This document shows positions 16,762-26,591 of a stretch of DNA of 64,000 nt, one piece after another. The translations under genes were made by a program, and so were the position numbers. The stretch's first letter is position 1, and the number at the start of each line of letters is the position of its first letter. The stretch comes from a virus (lineage: Duplodnaviria > Caudoviricetes), in the IMG/VR virus record IMGVR_UViG_2708742752_000007, positions 1 through 64,000 of that record; one strand, written 5' to 3'. The notes under the pieces were generated by a model. The model ran no database searches and was not told where the DNA came from. It saw only the letters and a program-made list of their open reading frames with translations.

Positions 16762-18420
16762 GTGTATTTAGAGGAGAAAGAGACACAGCGCATTCTGCCC
16801 TTCAACCCATTCCCGTACCAGCGCAAGATGCTGCGCTGGATGATGGAGGGCAGGAATGTCCTGGCACTCAAGTCGCGTAGGGTGGGCTGCTCGTGGATCA
16901 CGGCTGCCTACGCCGCCTGGCTGCTCAACTTCCGTGAGGGTATTAACGTCCTCTTCCTGAGCAAGAAAGAGGACGATGCCAAGAAACTATTACGCAAGGT
17001 AAAATTTATACTTAAAAACTTGGCACTGCATGACAATGAAGACCACCGATTGGCAACTCGATGCAGTTGGTTATGTGGCGAGATTGGCACAGATAACCAG
17101 CAATTATTTACCATCATCTACCGTGACGATCATGGGCGAGCTACGGCTGAGAGCGAAGCGGCTTCATTGTCCACGACTTCCGAGTCGGGACGTTCCGAGG
17201 GCGCTTCGCTTATCTTTTTGGACGAATTTGGCTTCGTCAAGCCCGACGACGAAAAGACCTGGACTGCCATCAAGCCTACCGTGGCTAGAGGTGGGCAATG
17301 GATCACCGTTTCGACTCCAAACGGAGTGGGCGGCGTTCACCACCGGCTATGCATGGAAGCCCAACGTCACGAGAACAAATCCTATGAGTACATCGAGGTT
17401 CACTGGTCCGAGGCAGGCATCACTCAAGCCCAGTACGAAGCCGCTATCGAGGGCATGGACGCCGCTTCTATCGCCCAGGAATGGGAGATGGAGTTCATCC
17501 AGAGCGGCAACCCGGTCTTCAACGCAACCGACCTGGCAGCCTGCTACAAGCCGCCCGAAGAGTATCCAGAAGTAGCCAAGATGCTGAAAGACTACCGCGA
17601 GAGAGAAAGATTCTATTATAGTGGGGCTGACACCTCCGAAGGTAAGGCCCACCGCAAGTCCACCCAGAGAGACTACCACTCGTGGTGCTCGCTCACCCGT
17701 TCAGGCATCCAGGCGTTTGGGAAAAACACCAAAGAGCCACTTAGCAAGTGGGCCGGACATACGGTTACTACCACCACCGGCAAACAGCTCAACGTGCCAG
17801 GTACGACCACCAACCTGCACGTCGAATATCCCGGCCTGCTCAGGGTAGAGGACAACGGCGCAGGGGCCACGGTAGTCAACCGCCATGTCGCCCCGCTGGA
17901 TGGGCAAAGCGAGTTGATCCCCTCTCATACCGATAAACTAAGCAAGTCGCGTTATATCCGCAACTTGATGCTGTCGGTCGAAGCCCACGACATAATCATC
18001 ACCGATTTGTTTACCTACCAGTGCATGCTGGTGTATCAATTGGGCAGCCTGCCGGGCACCTACGAAGCCCCCCTGGGATATTATGATGACCCGGTTATGT
18101 CGCTGGCTATGGCAAACGACCTGCGTTACGAATATGGCGGCATGGAGTTTACCTGGGCGGATGGGGTAGCTCCCCTGCGGCGTAGCGTGTCACCTGAAGA
18201 AGCCGAGGCGCTGGACTTGACCAGCCTCCCGGCTGCGCCCGAAGTCATGACCATGGACAACCTGCGCACAAGCGAATTTATGCCGGGACCGGGCCGGTTG
18301 CCCTCGCCCGCGACCGAACATATGTTGTTACCCGATCTGAGTCTGATTTTGCCCTTGGGGGCACCAGAGGAGAGCCACAACCATAAGCGGAGGGAACATG
18401 ACAAAAACATGCGCCCGTGA
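16762..18420 (+). CDS. terL: terminase large subunit (true start probably upstream, near 16677-16690)
   Basis: LKSRRVGCS Walker A, IFLDEFGF Walker B, STPNG, GADTSEG and DDPVMS nuclease motifs. Confidence 0.92.
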   Translation: MYLEEKETQRILPFNPFPYQRKMLRWMMEGRNVLALKSRRVGCSWITAAYAAWLLNFREGINVLFLSKKEDDAKKLLRKVKFILKNLALHDNEDHRLATRCSWLCGEIGTDNQQLFTIIYRDDHGRATAESEAASLSTTSESGRSEGASLIFLDEFGFVKPDDEKTWTAIKPTVARGGQWITVSTPNGVGGVHHRLCMEAQRHENKSYEYIEVHWSEAGITQAQYEAAIEGMDAASIAQEWEMEFIQSGNPVFNATDLAACYKPPEEYPEVAKMLKDYRERERFYYSGADTSEGKAHRKSTQRDYHSWCSLTRSGIQAFGKNTKEPLSKWAGHTVTTTTGKQLNVPGTTTNLHVEYPGLLRVEDNGAGATVVNRHVAPLDGQSELIPSHTDKLSKSRYIRNLMLSVEAHDIIITDLFTYQCMLVYQLGSLPGTYEAPLGYYDDPVMSLAMANDLRYEYGGMEFTWADGVAPLRRSVSPEEAEALDLTSLPAAPEVMTMDNLRTSEFMPGPGRLPSPATEHMLLPDLSLILPLGAPEESHNHKRREHDKNMRP

Positions 18421-21190
18421 GGGCTGTGGCAACCCTCTCAACAAGGGCAAATACTACTGCTCGCCATCCTGTTCGGCACAGGATCGTATACATAAACGCA
18501 ATGGCACCAGCCCTATTCCCGCCGATGTCAAACAGACACTTACCCAAGCCCTGGGCAGTCAGGACGCTTCCTTTGTATTGAAAGAGATGGAAAGCGTCAT
18601 GCTTCAGGAAGAGATCATCACCGCCCCGCCTATAGTGGTCAAGACCGAGGGCGACTTCATGTACACCTACTACATGGCCGGTGAAGATCGCCGCCCCAGC
18701 GATGCCCTGGAAGGGGAAATCATCCGCGAAATGCTCAAGAGCGGCATCGTGCTATTCGTGCTGGAGATGAAGCTTGCCAGCATGATGGGCGTCTTTCGTA
18801 ACGACCGTTCCTGGAAGGTAGTCTGCCCTGACAAGGAATTGGCTGGTGTAGCTGAGGCCAACCTGCGCCAGATCATGCCGCGTATGATGCTGGATGCACT
18901 CAGGTCCATGCTGACTTACGGGGCCTACTTCGGCGAGAAGTCGTTCGAGTACAAAAACCCCTACCAATTGGGTCTGAGCAAATCACGCGGCGCTTCCAAA
19001 GAGTACGCCGTGCCAAAGCTACCGGCTGCCTGCAACCCGGAGAGTATCACTTATATCAAGCGCACCACGGATGGTAGCTTCGACGGCTTCGTGCAAACGC
19101 CCAAGAACGTCTTCCGCGCACGCAACGAGATCGACGTAGAGCGTAAAGCAGCCCTGGTCATTCCATATCGCGGGCAATTCCGTAACCTGTGGGGCGAAAG
19201 CTATCTCAAGCCCATATACCCGATCTGGTTCTGGTACGAGATCGCCCTGCGCTCGTGGGTACGCTACATGGAGCGCATGGGCACGCCCGTGGCTGTGTGC
19301 TACGCCCCCTCGCGAGCCAAGGTACTCAAGCCGGGCACTACCACAGCCGTAGATGCCATGACCTGGGGGCTGGCGGTAGCTGGCAATATCGCCAAATCCA
19401 ACGCGGCTGTTTTGCCCAGCGACGTACACCCGGAGACCAAGATACCACTGTGGAAACTGGAATATCTGGTGGCCCAGGATCGGGGTGAGGTGTTCGGCAA
19501 GGCCATCGAGATGCTGTCGCAACTGATGATCCGCGCCGGTATGGCGGCTGACCGCGCCTTCACGCAGGGAGGCGAGACGGGCAGCTATGCCCTGGGCCAG
19601 ATCCACGATGCCGCCACGCAGATCCACAACGAGTTGATTCTGATCGAGGTGCTATGGGCACTCAACCAGTGGTTTATGCCAGACTATGTAGCATACAACC
19701 GGGGCGAGAATGGCCCACCTATGTGGCTGGAGACTGAGGGGCTCGACCCACGTGAAAAAGAGCGTCTATTCAAGATCATGTCCATCGCGGGCAACGCCGA
19801 GAACTTCAAAGAAGCCCTGTTCATGGTTAACTGGCGCGAGATGTACGAAGTCAACAACGTGCCCACCCTGACTGAGAAGGAAGTGGACGAGCTTAAGGAA
19901 AAGATGCTGCAAGAGGGTCTGACCCGCCAGGAAGAGACCATGAAGGTGCAGAAGAAGTTCGCACCCAAGCCAGGCGAGTTGCCCAAGCGTGAGGAGACGC
20001 CGCAGCAGACGGCTGCCAAGACTGAAGCGGCCACTAACGCCAACGGAGATGCTAAGAAGTTCGAGAACCTGGCCTACGCCATGCTAAATGGCAGTTACGT
20101 ACCGATCATATTGTCCGATCACGAGATGGCCCTGGTAGCTGGCATACGCGACCCAGAGGTGGTCAAGCTCTACAACCCTTTTCACGATAAGCTGGGCAAG
20201 TTCGCCGCACGGCGTGGGGCAGGCGGTTCGGTAATACCACAGGAAGGTGGTACGAGTCCAACTGCTGGACTCGGCGGCGGTGCTAGAGCCAAGCCGGGCT
20301 CATTCTTGAAAACGACGGGCTTGGCTTTGGGCATCGCTGGTCTGGGTGCGGTGGTGCTGGCAGGTCTCGCCAGTGCCACGCGAATCGAGTATGGCGAGCC
20401 TGGTGAGGTTAAAGATGAAGACAGCGCCGATCCGCCCGAATCTGCGCCAGTTTACGATAGCCTGGAGGATGCTACTCAGGCCGCTATCGGCGCATTAAAC
20501 CAGTTAGGGATTGATACAGAGGGCGACATATCGGTAAGCGTAGGGCAAGTGCCGGGTAACAATTTGGGCTACTATGACCCTGGCAAGAATGCTATGGTGA
20601 TCAGGGAAGATCTGGCACAGGACTTGATGAATGGATCACCAGCAGCTATGCATGCATTGGTTCACGAGTTGGCCCATTCAAACCAACAAACAGATGACAA
20701 TATGTTCTGGCAAGATCAAGAGTGGGCTATGGATCAGGGAACCGAGAACTTTGATAATTTCGTCCAACATCTGGAAGGCCAGAATGATGCTGTGACCATG
20801 GCAGCTCTGTCACACATGTACGGAAAGCCCATGGATTACGCCACGGTGGTTGCTATGCATGCTCAATACAGACGCGACAATGACCTTCCAGTAAACATAG
20901 TCAGACCGGGCTATCCAGATCAGGCTGCCTATTGGGCTGGCATTGCCAAGGCGAACCAGAGTCGCACGGGCGAGTCCCTCACTCAATTCAGTAGCCGGAG
21001 TCATGATACAGGGTTAAGCCCCGACAGCCAGTTCGATATACTGTGGGAACTATTTCCAGAACGCCTGGGCAGCTACCAAAAGAGTAAGACCTGGCCTTCA
21101 TATCAGCAAATCATGATATGGCTTGGCGAAGATTATGATGTTGATACCAACCAGGCATTTACAGATATGCTTGAGGAGGCACTGCAATGA
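18398..21190 (+). CDS. portal protein (DUF935/Mu gp29-like) with N-terminal Zn finger and C-terminal HExxH metalloprotease extension
   Basis: GESYLKPIY...W..YMERMGTP and GSYALGQIH portal motifs; NPFHDKLGKF; VHELAH. Confidence 0.85.
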   Translation: MTKTCAREGCGNPLNKGKYYCSPSCSAQDRIHKRNGTSPIPADVKQTLTQALGSQDASFVLKEMESVMLQEEIITAPPIVVKTEGDFMYTYYMAGEDRRPSDALEGEIIREMLKSGIVLFVLEMKLASMMGVFRNDRSWKVVCPDKELAGVAEANLRQIMPRMMLDALRSMLTYGAYFGEKSFEYKNPYQLGLSKSRGASKEYAVPKLPAACNPESITYIKRTTDGSFDGFVQTPKNVFRARNEIDVERKAALVIPYRGQFRNLWGESYLKPIYPIWFWYEIALRSWVRYMERMGTPVAVCYAPSRAKVLKPGTTTAVDAMTWGLAVAGNIAKSNAAVLPSDVHPETKIPLWKLEYLVAQDRGEVFGKAIEMLSQLMIRAGMAADRAFTQGGETGSYALGQIHDAATQIHNELILIEVLWALNQWFMPDYVAYNRGENGPPMWLETEGLDPREKERLFKIMSIAGNAENFKEALFMVNWREMYEVNNVPTLTEKEVDELKEKMLQEGLTRQEETMKVQKKFAPKPGELPKREETPQQTAAKTEAATNANGDAKKFENLAYAMLNGSYVPIILSDHEMALVAGIRDPEVVKLYNPFHDKLGKFAARRGAGGSVIPQEGGTSPTAGLGGGARAKPGSFLKTTGLALGIAGLGAVVLAGLASATRIEYGEPGEVKDEDSADPPESAPVYDSLEDATQAAIGALNQLGIDTEGDISVSVGQVPGNNLGYYDPGKNAMVIREDLAQDLMNGSPAAMHALVHELAHSNQQTDDNMFWQDQEWAMDQGTENFDNFVQHLEGQNDAVTMAALSHMYGKPMDYATVVAMHAQYRRDNDLPVNIVRPGYPDQAAYWAGIAKANQSRTGESLTQFSSRSHDTGLSPDSQFDILWELFPERLGSYQKSKTWPSYQQIMIWLGEDYDVDTNQAFTDMLEEALQ

Positions 21191-21414
21191 GAGCCATCTT
21201 CGAGGTTCTTAGAACATACGTTGAACGAAACGAAGCTGAAATACTCCTGATCCAGTTCGATCAAGGGCCAGACGAGGCAGACATGCTGGGTCTTGGCTTT
21301 GAGCGTGAGGGTGAATATTGGAAGATCACCCGCCAGCAAGCCGAGAAGCTTATCGCCGGACCTGACTATGACCAAGCCTGGAAACAGGAGGTGGAGCGAT
21401 GGAAGAATATGTAA
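21187..21414 (+). CDS. small acidic hypothetical protein (candidate partner/immunity)
   Basis: ATGA-coupled to portal. Confidence 0.6.
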   Translation: MRAIFEVLRTYVERNEAEILLIQFDQGPDEADMLGLGFEREGEYWKITRQQAEKLIAGPDYDQAWKQEVERWKNM

Positions 21415-21713
21415 CCGTGCGCGGCTGCCAAGTGCCTGCCCAGGAGATCCAAAACCTTAAGGATCAATTCGGGGCCGAGCTGGTGCCCGACAGCGAGTGG
21501 CGAATCATCCGGGCGCTGGACATGACCCTCAAGCACTACCGCGCCATGCACGGCAAAGACCCGGACCTGGTAAAGCTGAATCAAGATCCCTTCTATTGGT
21601 ACAAGCATTGCCCACTGAATGTGGTGGAGCCAGTTACGAAGGCTAAGGTGCCTGCCAAACACAAGCCTGCCTGGTTCAGAATAAAACGCATCTTTAAGGT
21701 GGTAAAGCCATGA
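21399..21713 (+). CDS. hypothetical protein
   Basis: GGAGGTGG SD. Confidence 0.65.
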   Translation: MEEYVTVRGCQVPAQEIQNLKDQFGAELVPDSEWRIIRALDMTLKHYRAMHGKDPDLVKLNQDPFYWYKHCPLNVVEPVTKAKVPAKHKPAWFRIKRIFKVVKP

Positions 21714-22330
21714 GGGTTGACCACGAAGATGGCTCGGGCAGCTTCTTACGGGCCGAGCTGCGCTGCGATCACTTCTTCGAGTGCAAGGTGGGCTACACCG
21801 ACCAATTGCTGCCCAGTCTGGACAAGGGCGCTTACTATAGTTTCGACCTGAATTATCCATGTTGGGCCTGGCATTATGGAACCGAGCGTGACACGTATTT
21901 AGTTGAGCTGGTCGTCGCTGTCGATGAGGCCGCACTGACACTATCTATCCCACCAAATCCCAATGCCAAACCTGTGTTACCCGGCATCAGTTGGCTGGTC
22001 TTCAGCGACGTTGACCTGCCAGAGCAACCTGACCCAACGCCTATGCCTGTGCCGCCCGACGAACCCGAACCTGATCCACAGCCACCTGCGCCTGTGCCCG
22101 CACCCGATCCAGATTGGGTGCCCAGGACGACTACGTTTGTCCCTGATGGGGTTATATCGCATCCCAAGGCCATCATCTGGGGTGGGAGTGATCTGGTTTG
22201 GGTGTTGCCCAACGATTTATATATGTCCTTCTTCGAGGAGACCTACATGCGCATGGCTGCCCGGCTGAGAGAGGCTATCGAGGCAGGCGAGTATACAGTA
22301 GAGGAAAGGAAAAATGATCTGGTCTTTTAG
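21710..22330 (+). CDS. hypothetical protein with Pro-rich linker
   Basis: coupled ORF; PEQPDPTPMPVPPDEPEPDP. Confidence 0.65.
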   Translation: MRVDHEDGSGSFLRAELRCDHFFECKVGYTDQLLPSLDKGAYYSFDLNYPCWAWHYGTERDTYLVELVVAVDEAALTLSIPPNPNAKPVLPGISWLVFSDVDLPEQPDPTPMPVPPDEPEPDPQPPAPVPAPDPDWVPRTTTFVPDGVISHPKAIIWGGSDLVWVLPNDLYMSFFEETYMRMAARLREAIEAGEYTVEERKNDLVF

Positions 22331-22892
22331 CGAGAGCTACCAGCAGCCGACCAGGCTGGATGATTTCAGTCTGGAAGATCGAAACACCATATTGGCAGCC
22401 ATCGACTATTATGGCAAGCAGTTCCAGTTTCCCATTAAGCTGGAGTTGGGGCCTGGGCAACACGGGCCTTCTATTACAGATCGAGTGAAGTTGGGCCTGA
22501 ACCCGCAGGCAGATCCAGGCTGTGAGATATTTTTTGACCTTAACTTCGGACTGCCATTGCCAGGCGAGAGCGTGAGTTATATCCACTCCAACCAGGTACT
22601 TGAGCACTTGAATAACATCATATTCCTATTCAACGAATTCTGGCGTGTGCTTATCCCAGGCGGCACTATGGAGCATTGTGTCCCGATCTACAATGGCCCG
22701 CACGCATGGAGCGATCCCACCCACCGCAGGGCATTTACGGAGCTATCTTTTCGTTATTTCTGTGTAGACGCCAACGGTGAGCCGTTCACAGCACATTTCA
22801 GCGACTATGGCATCACCAGCCGCTTTGTTTTGGAGAAACAGGATGTCAGGCCCGGACTGGACATAACCGCCTTTTTCAAGAAACCTGCTTAG
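22314..22892 (+). CDS. class I SAM methyltransferase-like protein (type 11)
   Basis: LELGPG, NQVLEHL, EFWRVLIPGG, AWSDPTH. Confidence 0.8.
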   Translation: MIWSFSESYQQPTRLDDFSLEDRNTILAAIDYYGKQFQFPIKLELGPGQHGPSITDRVKLGLNPQADPGCEIFFDLNFGLPLPGESVSYIHSNQVLEHLNNIIFLFNEFWRVLIPGGTMEHCVPIYNGPHAWSDPTHRRAFTELSFRYFCVDANGEPFTAHFSDYGITSRFVLEKQDVRPGLDITAFFKKPA

Positions 22893-22901
22893 GAGAGTCA
22901 T

Positions 22902-23102
22902 ATGAAACGAGAAGAACCAATAGACATAATCCAGCAATTCTCACAAATGGATACCATGCTGGAAAATATGGCCAAACTGGTTGCGAACTACTTTAATTCG
23001 ATAATGAAAGGTGGCGTTCCATACGATCTCGCAAGAGATTTGACTATTCGGTGGTATGAGCGCATGTTAGACAACATTTATAATCTGAAAAACAGGATCT
23101 AG
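22902..23102 (+). CDS. hypothetical protein
   Basis: AGGAG SD. Confidence 0.6.
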   Translation: MKREEPIDIIQQFSQMDTMLENMAKLVANYFNSIMKGGVPYDLARDLTIRWYERMLDNIYNLKNRI

Positions 23103-23111
23103 GAAAGTCAC

Positions 23112-23702
23112 ATGAACAATGTAACTGCTGAGAAGTTTCAGGAGATCCAATCAGGCGAGCTGGGATGGTGGACACATGCCAACTTCAACCCACAGATCGA
23201 GTGGAAATTTTATCTCGATGTTTTCGAGTCGCACCTGCGCCCATTCAAACGAGTAGTCGATATTGGCTGTGGGCCGGTGCCTATCTTCATGAACCCCAAG
23301 ATCGAGGCCAGCGAAGTGACAGCCGTCGATCCTTTATGGGAAGAGTACCTGAAGCTGGATAAGTATACCCAGTGGCATACCCGCCCGGTGGATCACCACT
23401 ATGCCGACGTGGACCAGGCACCTTCGCACCAATTCGACGGGGTGTTCTTTTTGAACGCCCTGGACCACGTGCGCTGCCCAAAAGAGACGCTGGATGGCGT
23501 GCAGCGCATCCTGACTTGTGACGGGCTGCTCTTTTTATTCGTCGATATTGACAAGTCGATTGATTATCTCCACCCTCACCGTCTCACTCAGTCGTGGCTC
23601 ATGATGGAGCTAGCTGGTATGGAGACGCTGGTAGTCAAGAATAATCAGAGCTGGAAGCACAAAAACCGGGTAGTGTATTACGTAGGACGCAAGATCACAT
23701 GA
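23112..23702 (+). CDS. class I SAM methyltransferase
   Basis: VVDIGCGP, AVDP, NALDHV. Confidence 0.82.
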   Translation: MNNVTAEKFQEIQSGELGWWTHANFNPQIEWKFYLDVFESHLRPFKRVVDIGCGPVPIFMNPKIEASEVTAVDPLWEEYLKLDKYTQWHTRPVDHHYADVDQAPSHQFDGVFFLNALDHVRCPKETLDGVQRILTCDGLLFLFVDIDKSIDYLHPHRLTQSWLMMELAGMETLVVKNNQSWKHKNRVVYYVGRKIT

Positions 23703-23866
23703 AGAGATTCAGAAAGACGTGGAAGCAACGCCGTAATTCAAAATGCGACTGCGACAGTGGCAGGAAATATAAGCACTGCTGCATGCCGCATAGAGAACGG
23801 GAACCACGCACTCAAACCCATAGGGTAAAGGAAGAACGGCGGAGGGCTAAAAGTGAAACCAGCTAA
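23699..23866 (+). CDS. SEC-C motif zinc-binding protein (55 aa)
   Basis: RNSKCDCDSGRKYKHCC; ATGA coupling; not in ORF track. Confidence 0.75.
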   Translation: MKRFRKTWKQRRNSKCDCDSGRKYKHCCMPHREREPRTQTHRVKEERRRAKSETS

Positions 23867-24923
23867 CGTTCTTATTATTATCATCGATTGTCTTCGTTAC
23901 GACAGAGTTAGTCCACAGTACATGCCCTGGCTATATGAATTTGGGCAACAGAATACTTGGTTCTCGAATTATTGGTCAACGTCCCACTGCACAGATCCAT
24001 CGATTACGTCTCTATTGAATGGTCGCTGGCCTGACGAACTCAAACTATATTCGATGATGTTCGAGTCCTATGACTATAGTATCCCACTTGGCGTCGAGAT
24101 GCTGCCACAGACCGCCAAAAAGCATGGCTACGAGACAGGCACACTCAGTAACCTGGGTCGCTGGTATACCTGGGGTGTAGACCGCTATGTAAACACTCGT
24201 GGCTGGCATGGCAGTGACATCTTCAAGTATGCAGACAGTATTATGTCAGTCATGAAACAGCCCTGGCTCATGATCGTGCACGACGACAGTTGCCACACAA
24301 ACTACCGGGGTGGCTCTTACGACCAGGCTTGTCGGGAGGTGGACAGCGACCTGGAGTGGCTGATCGGGCGGGTATTGAAGCACCAGCAGTGGACCGATAA
24401 CACTTTTGTCATCGTCACCGCTGATCATGGCGAGGGGCTGGGTGAACGCGGCATCGACCAGCACGGGAGAGGTCTGTGGCCCTTCCTGACGCACGTGCCA
24501 TTGATCATCCGCCAGCCCCGCGTTGCAAAAGCGTTATCCGTGTACGATGGGATTGTGCAACCAGTTAACATGCATGGTTTTATGGTCAACTGTATGTCGA
24601 TAGCACCTGAAGCATGGCCGCCCGGTATGAATGTGGATAAGAATGGCTATGCCCACATGGTTGGGCGCGATCCAAAGGTGTGGAACCGGGGCGTGACCAA
24701 TGGCAAGCATATGGTCATCAAGCGCCAGGAAGTCGGGGGGCCAACTACTATGTTCTACCTGGACATAGCCAGCGATCAATTGCTTGAGCCAGACGACCGC
24801 TACTACGAGATGTGGCACTATGCCCAAGAGCACGCCGCGCAGTTCGGCATCGACGCGGGCAACGATAGCCTGGACGACGAGATACTGGAGGCCAGGCTGA
24901 AAGGACTCGGTTATTTTGACTAG
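23853..24923 (+). CDS. sulfatase-like / alkaline-phosphatase-superfamily enzyme (Thr nucleophile)
   Basis: IIIDCLRYD, TDPSITSLLNG, TADHGE, HVPLII, C-terminal RLKGLGY. Confidence 0.82.
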   Translation: MKPANVLIIIIDCLRYDRVSPQYMPWLYEFGQQNTWFSNYWSTSHCTDPSITSLLNGRWPDELKLYSMMFESYDYSIPLGVEMLPQTAKKHGYETGTLSNLGRWYTWGVDRYVNTRGWHGSDIFKYADSIMSVMKQPWLMIVHDDSCHTNYRGGSYDQACREVDSDLEWLIGRVLKHQQWTDNTFVIVTADHGEGLGERGIDQHGRGLWPFLTHVPLIIRQPRVAKALSVYDGIVQPVNMHGFMVNCMSIAPEAWPPGMNVDKNGYAHMVGRDPKVWNRGVTNGKHMVIKRQEVGGPTTMFYLDIASDQLLEPDDRYYEMWHYAQEHAAQFGIDAGNDSLDDEILEARLKGLGYFD

Positions 24924-25508
24924 ATGTGGCAGGCTGAATTTCTGGCTGTCAAACGCTTCATCGACGACATGAGGATAGACCCAACCCAGGGCAAAGCTAT
25001 CGAGGTGGGTGGTGGACCTATCGTCGTGGTAGACGACAAGCCACAAGACAACCCGCTACTCAGCCTCAGCCCACAGGTAACTTTCTTGGACGAGGGCTTT
25101 ATCACTCGCTATGGCAAGCCGCCCCATATCCTGGCTGACTTCATGAGCTGGTCGGAGATCAGCCACCTGGCAGGCAGCTTCGACCTGGTTTACTCATTTC
25201 AGACTATGGAGCACGTCAATAACCCATTCCTGTTTGTGCGACATTTAGTAGCCATAACCAAGCCAGGTGGAGCGATCTTCCTGACTACCGTCTTCTCCTT
25301 CGCCTACCACCCCAGTCCATCCGATTACTGGCGCTTCAGCCCGCAGGGGTTGCAGGAGTTATTCAAGCAAGCGGGCGACAACATGTTATTATGGGCTGGC
25401 TTTGGGCCAAACCAGGGCGGCGTGATCGCCGTAGCGCAGCGAACACCAGCTACATACTGGGCCTATCCCAACAAGCTCCGGTTCGAGGAGGTCTTGGGCA
25501 AGCTATGA
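24924..25508 (+). CDS. class I SAM methyltransferase
   Basis: IEVGGG, FDLVYSFQTMEHV, KPGG, HPSPSDYWRF. Confidence 0.82.
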   Translation: MWQAEFLAVKRFIDDMRIDPTQGKAIEVGGGPIVVVDDKPQDNPLLSLSPQVTFLDEGFITRYGKPPHILADFMSWSEISHLAGSFDLVYSFQTMEHVNNPFLFVRHLVAITKPGGAIFLTTVFSFAYHPSPSDYWRFSPQGLQELFKQAGDNMLLWAGFGPNQGGVIAVAQRTPATYWAYPNKLRFEEVLGKL

Positions 25509-26098
25509 TCGACAAGAATTATGTCGCGTCTATGATGACCAAAGAGGCACTGTACATGGGGGGGCACGGGGCCGAGGAGGACTACCTAGGCTTGGGCATG
25601 CTGTACTATGCCATCACCTATGTTCTGAAAGCGGAGTTGTGCGTTTGCCTTGGCTCTGGGGGTGGTTTCGTGCCCAGGTGCATGCGCCAGGCCCAACGCG
25701 ATTTGGGGATAGGCAGAACTATTTTAGTGGATGTGGGCAATGGCGCTTGGGGCAGGACCACAGTCCACGATGTAAATAGCTGGTTTAGACTCAATTTCCC
25801 TGACGTGGAAGTCTGGAAGATGTTGACTGCTGAAGCTGCGCTCATGATCAAACATGCTGACTATATCCACACCGATGCTGATCACAGCTTTGAGGGTGTA
25901 AAAACGGACTTCATGGCCTATAGCCAAATCCTGGAACCAGATGGCATCATCACTTTGCACGATACTCATATCCAGGGCGTGCGGAGTTTTGTAGACGAGC
26001 TGAGTACCCATAGTGAGTGGCAGGTATTAGAATTACCTATGTGGCAGGGGCTTGCCATAGTCATGAGAGCCGATGGACTGGAAATATCTACAAAGTGA
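25505..26098 (+). CDS. methyltransferase (Methyltransf_24-like)
   Basis: CLGSGGG, IHTDADHSFEGVKTDF, ITLHDT. Confidence 0.8.
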   Translation: MIDKNYVASMMTKEALYMGGHGAEEDYLGLGMLYYAITYVLKAELCVCLGSGGGFVPRCMRQAQRDLGIGRTILVDVGNGAWGRTTVHDVNSWFRLNFPDVEVWKMLTAEAALMIKHADYIHTDADHSFEGVKTDFMAYSQILEPDGIITLHDTHIQGVRSFVDELSTHSEWQVLELPMWQGLAIVMRADGLEISTK

Positions 26099-26591
26099 GC
26101 CATTTCAATTACGCTACGTACTGGCTGCATACTTAGTGCGGTATTGCATGGATGTCATCGAGATCGGGGGCTGTGAAATACCTATCCACGTCTTTATGGA
26201 TTTGCGAAACCATGGCTCCATAACAGTGGTCGATCCGCGTATGAAAACAGGTTTTACCATTGACAACAAAAGGCAAATCGCCAGTGTTGTGCATATAAAC
26301 AAACCCATTCAGGAATGTCACTTCCCATACTCGGAGTTCGGGTTGGTTATATTAGGCATGCACATCCAGGGCGACTTGGAGCCAGTCTTTGACCTGGTTA
26401 AGCGATCCAAAGTAACCGTGATCGATTTCTCACTCGACTTTAAGCCCAGTGTTGACCAATTTAATCAGATGCTTCAGGCCACGCAACGACCGATCCGTAT
26501 GCAATTCAAATTGGATCTGACTGGCAATGACTTCGGAGACCTGACAGATAGCTGGCCCGCCAGACCCATCAGGCAGATGTACGTATTATGA
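26073..26591 (+). CDS. methyltransferase-like protein
   Basis: VIEIGG, VVDP Rossmann-like motifs; cluster context. Confidence 0.55.
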   Translation: MDWKYLQSEPFQLRYVLAAYLVRYCMDVIEIGGCEIPIHVFMDLRNHGSITVVDPRMKTGFTIDNKRQIASVVHINKPIQECHFPYSEFGLVILGMHIQGDLEPVFDLVKRSKVTVIDFSLDFKPSVDQFNQMLQATQRPIRMQFKLDLTGNDFGDLTDSWPARPIRQMYVL

